From: Malacoraja senta
Taxonomy: Eukaryota
Assembly (NCBI GenBank): GCA_038087875.1
Contig: CM075992.1
Coordinates: 3,226,001-3,290,000, forward strand
Direction of reading: 5' to 3'
Length of the DNA: 64,000 bases
The notes beneath the pieces are model-generated. The model searched no databases. It was not told the origin of the DNA and saw only the letters and a list, made by a program, of their open reading frames with translations. Within the stretch, counting starts at the first letter, position 1, and each line of letters starts with the position of its first letter. Shown piece after piece: positions 1 through 9,612 of this stretch. The position numbers and the translations under genes were made by a program.

Positions 1-590
1 TAATACGGAATGGATTATATTTGGAATAATAGTAGAAGATATCAATTTAAACAAAGACCAAAAAGTATTCTTTAATTATGGGTTAATAATTGGAAAGAAA
101 TTGATACATTTTGGGAAAAATACAGCTATACCAACTATTGAAATGTGGATTAGGAATATGACGGACATAGCACACCTTGAAGAAATGAGACTCCGCCTAA
201 TAGATAAATATGACCAATTCTTAAGGAGTTGGTCCCCTTTCATCGACTTTGGAATCATGTGATGCAGCAGTACCGTAAAGATTACTGATTTCAGGTCAGG
301 TCGTGGATAGATTTACATCTCCGAACAAAGATTTGAACATTTCTTTTTTAAGGGCCTTTTTCTACTATTTCTACTTTTTACTTTTTCTTTTCTTATATAC
401 ACACTTCACGTTTTTCTATTTTCTACTATCTATTTTTCCTCTTTTTCATCTCTCTATTTTTTGTATTTTTTTACTTCCTTTTCAAAAACTTAAAACTAGA
501 GGTTGTACATAGAATTTATTACGTTATGACATAGTTGGCACCTAAAATTAGGTACCACTGTATTGTTTTGTATTGTATTAACTTCTAATA
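1..590 (+). mobile_element. L1-clade LINE 3' end (ORF2 C-terminus plus T-rich 3' UTR)
   Basis: Frame from 11 reads WIIFGII...GKKLIHFGKNTAIPTIEMWIRNMTDIAHLEEMRLRLIDKYDQFLRSWSPFIDF to a stop near 260, resembling the C-terminus of fish-type L1 ORF2; a T-rich UTR follows. Confidence 0.7.
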
Positions 591-1507
591 ATTTTTTTTT
601 TTTTAAACACGAACAAAAACATATTAATAAAAATAAAAGGATTTGTTCTACAAAATTTGGATTCATTCAAAAGGCCGCACTTAATGGCCTAGAAGGCCGC
701 AGGTTCCCCACCCCTGTTGTAAACTGAAGGGAATACAGACCCGATTTGCGTATTGCCTTGTGAATTAACCCTTTCAGCCCAGGTATAATTCTAATAGATT
801 TGTATTGCACGCAGTCAAAGCACAATACATTCTTCCTGACATATATGACCTTGAATGTGTGACTGTCGTTTAGTAGATTGACCTATGGATAATGACCTCT
901 AAGGATAAGATGTTATACGGCATCTTACTACCATGGATTTTTTTTTTTCTGCAAGACCATCGTCTATTGCCAATATCTAATTCTCCTTGAGGTGGTGAGG
1001 GTGCCTGTTGAACTGCAACTCTCCCACCGCTGAAAGAGCTTCCAAAGAGCCTTTGGGGAGGGGACTTCCAGGATATCCACCCAGCAACAGTGAAGGAAGG
1101 GTGGTAAACATGTCCAAGTCAGAATGGTGTGTGACTTGAAGAGGAATTTACAGGTGATGACTGAAAAGCAAAAACCAAAGTGCAGATGCTGCAAATGGAA
1201 ATACTGGACACTCAGCTAATCAGGCAGTGTCTGGAAGAGAATGATGGCAGATTCCTTCTCTCCATGGATGCTGCCTCACCCGCTGAGTTTCTCCAGCATT
1301 TTTTTGTCTACTTATGGGGCATGATAGTGGCTGCTGGTGACATGCACAAGGCTTTATTCTGAAAGTGATGCTAACTACCTTTTCATGCAATAACTAGCAG
1401 AATTATCTACTTTACGCCAGGGTTGGTGTTCTGAACCAAATGGGCGACTTACCTTTGCAAATTTTGTGTGAAGCAGGTAGCTTTTCCAAATTCAAAGAAT
1501 GTGATGC

Positions 1508-1952
1508 CCCCCCTCCACATACACCTGGATCTCCTGCCATCAGGCAAGAGATATCGCAGCATCAAAGCCCGGACTACAAGACTGCTAAACTTCTTCCTGC
1601 CATATGCTGTGAGCTGCTAAACAGCCACTCTGTACTCACAGTCACCTGATTCTGCGTCTTGGCACGGACACTTTAATAACTGGCACTGGCCACTTCAATA
1701 ACTGGCACTGGCCACTCAAATCAGCTGCCCCGGACATGTTTATGATTGGTTTGACTGTATTTTAACGTTGTTTTTACCTACTTTTTAACTATTTATACTG
1801 TTCCATCGGGGACTGGATTGTTTTTGGTGTTATTATCTGTGAAATGTTTTAAATTTCATGTGCGATGCTCCGGTATTCCCTGGGAAACGTCTTTTCATTT
1901 TGCACTGTACAAATGTTGCTTGCAAGATGACAATAAAGGTTGATTGATTGAT
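1508..1952 (+). mobile_element. 5'-truncated Rex/Babar-type LINE 3' end with (TGAT)n tail
   Basis: Degenerate HPG..LLPSGKRYRSIKARTTRLLNF motif, AATAAA then (TGAT)n. TGATGC is duplicated at 1502-1507 and 1953-1958, and the paralogous empty site is at 5331-5349. Confidence 0.75.
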
Positions 1953-2452
1953 TGATGCAAGATTACTGGTCATCAGCTGAAATATGTGTCAGAAGATATG
2001 AAATCTTGAAAAAAAGTACCGCCAAATTCATTATCCAGAACCAGGGGTTATCCAAGTCCAGAACCAGGGGCCACGGGTTAAGAATAACGGGTTGTGGATG
2101 ACTGATTGTGGATGATCAGCCATGATCACATTGAATGGTGGTGCTGGCTTGAAGGGCTGTATGGCCTAGTCCTGCGTCTATTGTCTATTATCTGCTCCCT
2201 TTCAGTCACCACCAGTCACAGGTTTTCCTCCAAGACATGTCAAACTGAGTTGGAAAATGCAGCTCTTCCTTCATCTTAACTGGGTTCGAATCCTGAAAAT
2301 CCGTTCAGAAGGGTGACTGTGGGATTATCTTCACAATAGACTTCAATGGCACCTTCAATAGACTCAACGCCACCTTCTCACGGGTTGCTTGGGATGGTCG
2401 ATAAATGCTGGCTTTCGCCAGTTACAGCCTCATCCATAAATAAAAGTCATAA

Positions 2453-3050
2453 GTTCAAGTTCAAGTGAGGTTATTGTCCTGATAGGACAATGAAATTCTT
2501 GCTTTGCTTCAGCACAACAGAACATAGTAGGCATTGACTACAGAACAGATCAGTGTGTCCATATACCATTATATAAATATATACACACATGAATAAATAA
2601 ACTGATAAAGTGCAAATAACAGTTAATGGGCTATTAATGTTCAGAGTTTTGTCTGAGCCAAGTTTAATAGCCTGATGGCTGTGGGGAAGTAGCTATTCCT
2701 GAACCTGGTCGTTGCAATCTTCAGGCTCCTGTACCTTCTACCTGAAGGTAGCAGGGAGATGAGTGTGTGGCCAGGATGGTGTTGGTCCTTGATGATACTG
2801 TTAGCCTTTTTGAGGCAGCGACTGCGATAGATCCCCTCGATGGAAGGGAGGTCAGAGCCGATGATGGACTGGGCAGTGTTTACTACTTTTTGTAGTCTTT
2901 TCCTCTCCAGGGCGCTCAAGTTGCCGAACCAAGCCACGATGCAACCGGTCAGCATGCTCTCTACTGTGCACCTGTAGAAGTTAGGCAGAGTCCTCTTTGA
3001 CAAACCGACTCTCCGTAATCTTCTCAGGAAGTAGAGGCGCTGATGTGCAG
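2453..3050 (-). mobile_element. Rex/Babar-type LINE 3' fragment
   Basis: ORF 2641-3003 (FYRCTVESMLTGCIVAWFGN...HPGHTLISLLPSGRRYRSLK...RFRNSYFPTAIRLLN) is a typical Rex1/Babar C-terminus. Related copies at about 33847-34242(-), 40880-41370(+) and 56780-57335(+). Confidence 0.85.
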
Positions 3051-3310
3051 CTTAACAGCTGCGTTAAGCAACATGTTTGGGCAGCGACATTATCTCAAGG
3101 TGCAACAGTCAAAGGTGGATGGCTTAGGAAATCATTGTGCAAAATAGGTGGTCTACATGTCAATCGTCAATGTCATTCTTTGTATTTAACATGTTTAGAA
3201 ATATTTAGTTACTTGGATAAATATTAAACTGCTCTATATGCAAGTCTTCCTCTCTAAACATTTTCCGATTTCTTTTTCTTTGCCTAAATGATCAGCTTTT
3301 ATTGACATAG

Positions 3311-3552
3311 GGCTCGGAACAGACCTCAGCACGACCACACAGTCGGGTGACCTCCCTCCGAAGGAGAAGGACCGGGAGCGAGGAAGGACCAAGGACAGGA
3401 AGCACCACCACCACCACCACCACCACCACCACACGTCGTCCGACAAGGAGCGTTATTCCCAGGAGCGGCACGAGTACAGCAGACCTCGATCAAGGGAGAG
3501 GCGGTGGTCTCGGTCACCGAGTGCAGGGCGCGAGTGTGTCCCCCATCGACAG
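3311..3552 (+). CDS. CACNA1A: Cav2.1 alpha-1A subunit, penultimate exon (equivalent to human exon 46), with His10 tract
   Basis: AG at 3309-3310 and GT at 3553-3554. Translates [31 protein letters not shown](H)10[11 protein letters not shown]...[17 protein letters not shown], matching the recalled human exon 46. Confidence 0.95.
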
Positions 3553-3904
3553 GTGGGTCTGCAGGCTTCACACACCGTGGCTGCTCAAAGAACTCTAGAC
3601 AATTGTGTCGCTGCGGCCACAGTGGAACTGGCAAGTGGGATGACCCAGTAGAGATCATTCAACCTTTGTTGCAGAAAAATATATTACTGATATCCTTAAC
3701 TCCACGATGTACCACCTTATAGAAACACCACCTTTCCCTAAATTACAACCTCAATCCCCCCCCCCAATATTATCAGTTACCCTTGCATTAAATGACTGAC
3801 TTTTATCCTAGACCCGACAGGTTTTACCGATCCCTTAAAACTTTATTCAGAAAGATTCAAGCACAGTGCCACACAGTTTATGATTAACTGTGGCACGGTT
3901 AACT

Positions 3905-4200
3905 GTGGTCACGTTGGCGCAGCGGTAGAGTTGCTGCCTTACAGCGAATGCAGCGCTGGAGACCCGGGTTCGATCCCGACCACGGGTGCTGCCTGTACGG
4001 AGTTTGTACGTTCTCCCCGTGACCTGCGTGGGTTTTTCTCCGAGATCTTCCGTTTCCTCCCACACTCCAAAGACGTACAGGTTTGTAGGTGAATTGGCTT
4101 GGTATAAATGTAAACATTGTCCCTGGTGGGTTAATGTGTGGAGATCGCTGGACCCGGTGGGGCTGAAGGGCATGTTTCCGCGCTGTATCTCTAAACTAAA
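3905..4200 (+). mobile_element. tRNA-derived V-SINE (HE1-like), representative copy
   Basis: A box TGGCGCAGCGG, B box GGTTCGATCCC, V-domain GGTTTCCTCCCACACTCCAAAGAC-like, CR1-like tail ending CTAAACTAAA. Further copies or fragments near 8446, 16550, 27555, 31194, 35500, 39717, 41575, 49798, 50180, 50590, 51975, 58419, 60325, 61555, 61971, 62720 and 63790. Confidence 0.85.
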
Positions 4201-4934
4201 GCATACACACAAATTGTTTCATTAATGTGTAATTTTAATGAGATACCGAGGACTATTCATTATCCGATAGTGTAGTCGAAGAGCATTTAAACAGACTCTT
4301 GAGCAAGCAGCGAATGGAGGCATATGATCCATGTACAGGGAAGTACAGTTTAAATTGGCATCATGGTCAGTACAGACACGATGGGCCAAAGGGCCTGATC
4401 CTGTGCTTCACTGTTCTATATTTAGTCTGCATTGCCATCCTATTTAATTCCTGATGAATGCTAAATATCCATTACAGAAAAATAAATGATCAGGAGGCTT
4501 TCGCAAATTGGTTCCAATGTAAAAAGTGAATCAAATCTCACTCGCTGAATGAAGCTGGTAGCAGGCGATGGTTCTAATCAAAACAAATTTTGTGCAATTG
4601 AACAACCACCATTGTGTATCTGATGACTGACCGACAATAATTTTAAACTGAAGGGCAGCACGAGCTGACCATCGGGGGATGGTGGGGGCTGGAAGATTAA
4701 AAATGACTTGCCAAAACTGCAAAGCTTTAACAGTAGAATTATGCTGAGAGCCATCATTTTTGATCAGCCGCCGCTTGTGAGATGGCTATTTACAGCCAGA
4801 TTGGCAAGTACAGATCCTCCACCAGGCCCTGGTCCACTGATCTACAGAAGGAAGAAAGAAATAGACCAGCTTCCCACATCTGATCATCAAAGTGGAAAAT
4901 GGATAAGTGCATGTGGCTGTCTACATATGGAGCA

Positions 4935-5141
4935 TGTTTAAGAAAGAACTGCAGATGCTGGAAGAATCGAAGGTAGACAAAAAATGCTGGAGAAACTCAG
5001 CGGGCGAGGCAGCGTCTATGGAGAGAAGGAATTGGCGACGTTTCGGGTCTGAAGAAGGGTCTCGACCCGAAACGTCGCCAATTCCTTCTCTCCATGGATG
5101 CTGCCTCACCCACTGAGTTTCTCCAGCATGTTTTTGTCTAC
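4935..5141. mobile_element. Palindromic Penelope-like non-autonomous repeat with hammerhead-like core
   Basis: Arms ...GTAGACAAAAAATGCTGGAGAAACTCAG... and ...CTGAGTTTCTCCAGCATGTTTTTGTCTAC are inverted. Core CTGAAGA-A-GGGTCTCGACCC-GAAACGTC at 5049-5076. Confidence 0.7.
5045..5079 (+). ncRNA. Minimal type I hammerhead ribozyme-like motif (predicted cleavage after 5076)
   Basis: CUGAAGA 5049-5055, extra A, stem II GGGU/ACCC with CUCG loop, GAAA 5069-5072, loopless palindromic stem III ACGU, GUC triplet 5074-5076, 3-bp stem I GGU/GCC. Confidence 0.6.
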
Positions 5142-6328
5142 TTATGGGGCATGATAGGTGGCTGCTGGTGACATGCACAATGCTTTATTCTGAAAGTGAT
5201 GCTAACTACCTTTTCATGCAATAACCAGCAGAATTATCTACTTTAAGCCAAGGTTGGTGTTCTGAACCAAATGGGCGACTTACCTTTGCAAATTTGTGTG
5301 AAGCAGGTAGCTTTTCCAAATTCAAAGAATGTGATGCAAGATTACTGGTTATCTTTTATTGAAACACAAAAAAATATATATTGTGAAGCCTATTTTTCTC
5401 TGGTTGTTGCTTTCTAACGAGCTGAGAGGCCATACAGATTAAACATCTTGGTTATGAAATGCTTCCCAGCACAGCCCTTGTACCCTCGTGGGACATGATT
5501 TCATTAGCTACCTATTCCTTACTCTCCATACTGTAATGAGATCTGCCAGACAGACGAGAGTTCACCCAGGCATAACATTCATATGAAAAAGACACAAAGG
5601 TGCTGGAGTAACTCAGCGGGACAGGCCGCAGCTCTGGAGAGAAGGAATGGGTGACCTTTCGGGTTGAGACACTTCTTTTAACTTTTCTGGGAAGGTTAAG
5701 ATGCTATTGAGGATACAATAGCCATCGTTTCTTATCACTATTAGACACATAGTTTCCCATTGGTGTGAAAATAAGTTCTTGAACATTAACACTGTGATAG
5801 CTACACAGCATGCACCGATTCCTTTGAACTCTCAAACTCAATACAATAAATTTTCCAGAGTAGGGTACAGTATGCAGCCGTGATTGCAACTTGCATTCAA
5901 CCCAGGTCAATTTCACACTCTAGATTTCAGCGGCCTAGGCCAAAGCCCGTAAACATTAAACCCATCTTTTCATTCACCACGGGGCCTCTGGAGTCCCAAC
6001 CTTTTCGGTTTAGGCTTGAGACTTCCAGCAGTGCGAGCATTTCCAAGTTGGATTACGAGCATAGTCTCCAAGCTGTCTAATGTGTACGGCCTTACAATGC
6101 GCTTTTAAACCCATGATATCTAAAGCACAATGCCTGCTCTTTTTCAACCCCTTGACTTACAGACGTCATTTCTCTTTTTACTTTCCTTTTTGACTTTTGT
6201 TGGTTCTGTGGTCGTTGCTTCCTTTTCCCTTTGTGTTACCTCTTTGCTTTCTCCGATGTTTTTTTTCCTGTCTGTGTTTTTGCTCCTGGTTTTTTATTTT
6301 TTGATTTGCTTTGTTTCGATTTTCATCT

Positions 6329-6338
6329 AGGGCAGTAG
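6329..6338 (+). promoter_or_regulatory. CACNA1A: Tandem splice acceptors AG|GGCAG|TAG controlling long versus short Cav2.1 C-terminus
   Basis: Sequence is ctAG GGCAG TAG tt. The upstream exon ends in phase 0, so use of the second AG places TAG in frame. Confidence 0.9.
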
Positions 6339-7035
6339 TTCTGTGAGTGGGAGTCCAGTTCCTTCCACTTCTGGTACCAGCACACCGAGGAGGGGACGTA
6401 GGCAACTCCCCCAGACTCCTTCCACGCCTAGGCCTCATGTCACCTACTCCCCCGTGGTCCGCAAGGCCATGAACACATCGCAGCAGCAGCAGCAGCAACA
6501 ACAGCAGCAGCAACAGCAGCAGCAGCAGCAGCAACAGGGCAGGACACCGACCCCTGTGCCACGCCGGTACTCACCCCCTCCCCCGGAGCACCACAGGGGC
6601 GAGAGGCACGGCGACGGTGGCGGTGGCGGCGGCGGCAGCCGGTCCCCCGGCACGGAGAGAGGCGGCGCCCCTCGCAACGGCTCCCCCCGTCTACATCGCC
6701 AGAGCAGCGGCCAGTGGTCCACCCCCAGCTCCCACCTCTCCGAGCCTTACCTGGGTTGCCACGACGACGACTATTACCGGAGCGCCGACTACGACGTGGC
6801 GTCGAGGGAGGAGACTCTGACCTTCGAGGTGGCCATGGCGACGAGTTCCGGGAGGTCGCCGAGGACTTGTCGGGCGCCGCAGTCCTCCTCCTCCTCAGTG
6901 TCCCTCCCCAGACACGGGCGCCGGGTGCCCAACGGGTACTACCACAACCTGGGCCCGAACAAAACGCGAGGGCCCGGCGCAAGGAAAGGGATGCACGAAC
7001 CCTACAGTGAGACCGACGAGGACGACTGGTGCTAG
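6331..7035 (+). CDS. CACNA1A: Cav2.1 alpha-1A subunit, terminal exon (long isoform, equivalent to human exon 47)
   Basis: Long polypyrimidine tract and AG at 6329-6330. Translates GSSSVSGSPVPSTSGTSTPRRGRRQLPQTPSTPRPHVTYSPVVRK...(Q)19...RHGRRVPNGYY...RKGMHEPYSETDEDDWC*, with the RQLPQTP RIM-BP motif and the DDWC PDZ ligand. Confidence 0.97.
   Translation, partial: GSSSVSGSPVPSTSGTSTPRRGRRQLPQTPSTPRPHVTYSPVVRKAMNTSQQQQQQQQQQQQQQQQQQQGRTPTPVPRRYSPPPPEHHRGERHGDGGGGGGGSRSPGTERGGAPRNGSPRLHRQSSGQWSTPSSHLSEPYLGCHDDDYYRSADYDVASREETLTFEVAMATSSGRSPRTCRAPQSSSSSVSLPRHGRRVPNGYYHNLGPNKTRGPGARKGMHEPYSETDEDDWC
6481..6537 (+). repeat. Coding CAG/CAA repeat, 19 Gln
   Basis: (CAG)5(CAA)2(CAG)3CAA(CAG)6CAA CAG, counted directly. 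Confidence 0.97.
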
Positions 7036-7185
7036 CCCCCCCTCCTCCTCCTCCTTCTCCCTCATAACCTTCACCCCGGAAACCCCCCTCCATACTTCTT
7101 ACATTGCCAAGTGAGCCGGAGGAGCCAAGAGTCTCCGGGCCTCTTCTGAGGAGCTCTGTAGCCTTCCAAAAAAACCCCCCACACA

Positions 7186-7186
7186 A

Positions 7187-7212
<26 letters not shown>
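7186..7212 (+). repeat. (CA)n microsatellite in the CACNA1A 3' UTR; (CT)n at about 7618-7641
   Basis: Direct inspection. Confidence 0.95.
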
Positions 7213-7217
<5 letters not shown>

Positions 7218-9447
7218 AACACAAATCGAAGAAGGAATGAGGTTGGAGGGGCAATTAAACCAATCTTTACTGAGGTGTGCGTGTGAGGGGCGTCGAGGAA
7301 TCAAAATGGCGGCCCGGCCTAGTGCTTGGCTCAATTGAGCGGGAAACGAGACCCTGTTTTGAGGGGGAGGGAAAAGCGTTTGGGGTTTTATCGATGAGTT
7401 TTATCATCCATTACCTGCTAATATGTTATTTGGTATTGTTTGCCTCGGGTGCGATGGCTTGGGAGGGGGGGGAGGTGGTGGGTAACTGGGGAAGGGTGTT
7501 TAGGTTGCCTGGCGGTGTGTAGGCCGCAGGAGGAGCGGTTACTTAGCAACGGTGGTCACCATGCGGCCCGGCCTTCAGCCTCATCAGAACGGTCCACCAC
7601 AGCATGGATTCCTCTCCCTCTCTCTCTCTCTCTCTCTCTCTATAAAGAGCATGTTGTGACCGAGAGCACTTTGATTTAATGTGCATTTGTTGTGGGGGGG
7701 GGGGGGTTGGGGATGTGGAGGGGTTGTGGTGGTGTGTGGGGAGCATCTGAGGGAGGCAACTAACTCCCTACAAACTCGCCTGAGATCATTTCCATTTTAT
7801 TTGTAATTCTTCTTTTTCGATCCTGGTAGATTGAACAGGGGAGGGGTGGGGGGTGGGATGGGGTGGGGGTGCCTCACTGCGATGGGCGAGAGGTGCAGAG
7901 AACAGGGGAATCACTCTATGCCAGACATTCCAACGCTGGCAACATGACCACCTGCCCAGTGTAAAATGGAGTGTATGTTTTTTTATGTGTGTGAAGCTCT
8001 GAGTGCCTTTGTAGTTTAATCAATTTGTTAGTTTTCCCAAATGTGCTTCCTTTCCTTCCATCCTTCCTTTATGTCAGAATTGCATATATTCTGCTGGAGT
8101 CTCCTACCCATGTTAGCCAAGATTCCTGACCATTGCCAGTTTATGGGTGGCAGGGAATGGTGGCACTTCAAGGGATTGGGACTCGGGTTCCAATTGTTAG
8201 CTTAAGGCTTAATAATTGCAAATGAAACCAAACAAAAATCAAAGGGTGTGGAACAAAGGGAAGTGCGTGCTCTGAAGTTCAATGTGCTGCAGGGCCCAAG
8301 ATCCAGTCAGACCTCTCCATGAATACTCCCTGACCTCACTCTATTCCCCCACTGAAGGTGGCTTTGATGGTAGCCTCAGAAATTACAACTCTCAGTCTCT
8401 GGCATGTTCTAGGAGATCAGATGGACCCTGGAAGAGAAGTCACAAGGGCGGCACAGTGGTTGAGGGTTGCTGCCTTACAGCGCCAGAGATCCAGATTCTA
8501 TCCCGACTCTGGGTGCTGTGTTTGTATAGAGTTTGTACGTTTTCCCTGTGACTGTGTGGGTTTTCTCCGGGTGCTCCGGTTTCCTCCTACATTCCAAAGA
8601 CGTGCAGGTTTGTCGGTAAATTGGCGACTGTAAATTGTCCCTAGTGTGTGGTGTAGAACTAGTGTATAGGTGATTGTTGGTCGGTGTGGACTCGGTAGTC
8701 TGAGGGCCCTGTTTCTACGCTGTATCTCTAAACCAAGTCTTACAGCCCTAAGTTTAAGAACATTCAAAGAAAGGAGTGGAAAATGGCCATGTGAAGCGAG
8801 GAGAAAGAGGATGTTTTTATTTATTTATGGGAAAGGGATCATTTATTGACCATTCCTAACTGTCCCTGGAACCGCAGTGCTGTGCTGCCTTCTGGTACTG
8901 CCTTTCCCTTGGTTAAGGTGCTTCTACAGTGCTGCTGCGAAGAGTGTTCTAGGATTTTGACCCATTGACGATAAACATCCAGGTGTTTGTCTTGAAGAAA
9001 AACTCTAGTGGAGGAACTCTAGGTCAGGTGATGTATTCAAAGTTGCACATGTAGATGGCCTGTACTTCCAGGCTGGCTAATCTATCATGCAGGGTCAGAG
9101 ATTTTCTTGAGTAATGTTCTCATGTAATCACACGTGGCATTATTTGGCCGTGTAAAAATATTCTATTGAATTGTGGTGCAATACACATTTAGCAGACAAA
9201 AGACATCTAGACAAAAGATCGCCGTCAGAAATGGCTACTCCATTGTAGAATCAGCAACTGTACAGCAGGCATGAGCTGCGGAGTATGTATCCCATCAAGA
9301 AATGGCCCAGCTGCCTTGGATTTTAGCTCCTACCCACCTCCCAAAGGCTTCCAAGAGATCAGAGTTGATGACCCAAACAAGCCTTCAGGATCCCATGGAA
9401 GAGACTTCAGGCAAACAAATAATGGGAATTAGACCGAACAATTTTCT

Positions 9448-9612
9448 GTTTAGTTTATTGTCAGGTGTACTGAGGTACAGGGAAAAGCTTTTTGTTGCGT
9501 GCTAACCAGTCAGTGGAAAGACTATACATGATTATAATTGATCCATCCACAGTGTACAGACACATAATAAAGGGAATAATGTTTAGTGCAAGATAAAGTC
9601 TGATTAAAGATA
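9448..9612 (-). mobile_element. LINE 3' UTR fragment (TGACAATAAACTAAA tail), dispersed family
   Basis: The same sequence recurs near 28680, 32945, 34310(+), 36400 and 50040. Confidence 0.65.

Noticed and set aside
6440..7222. 260-aa minus-strand ORF, plus poly-Cys and poly-Leu ORFs
   Set aside because: Antisense shadows of the GC-rich CACNA1A terminal exon and its CAG repeat; no independent gene signals.
7665..7672. AGCACTTT miR-17/miR-430-type seed match in the CACNA1A 3' UTR
   Set aside because: A single short match is expected by chance; no conservation data available.
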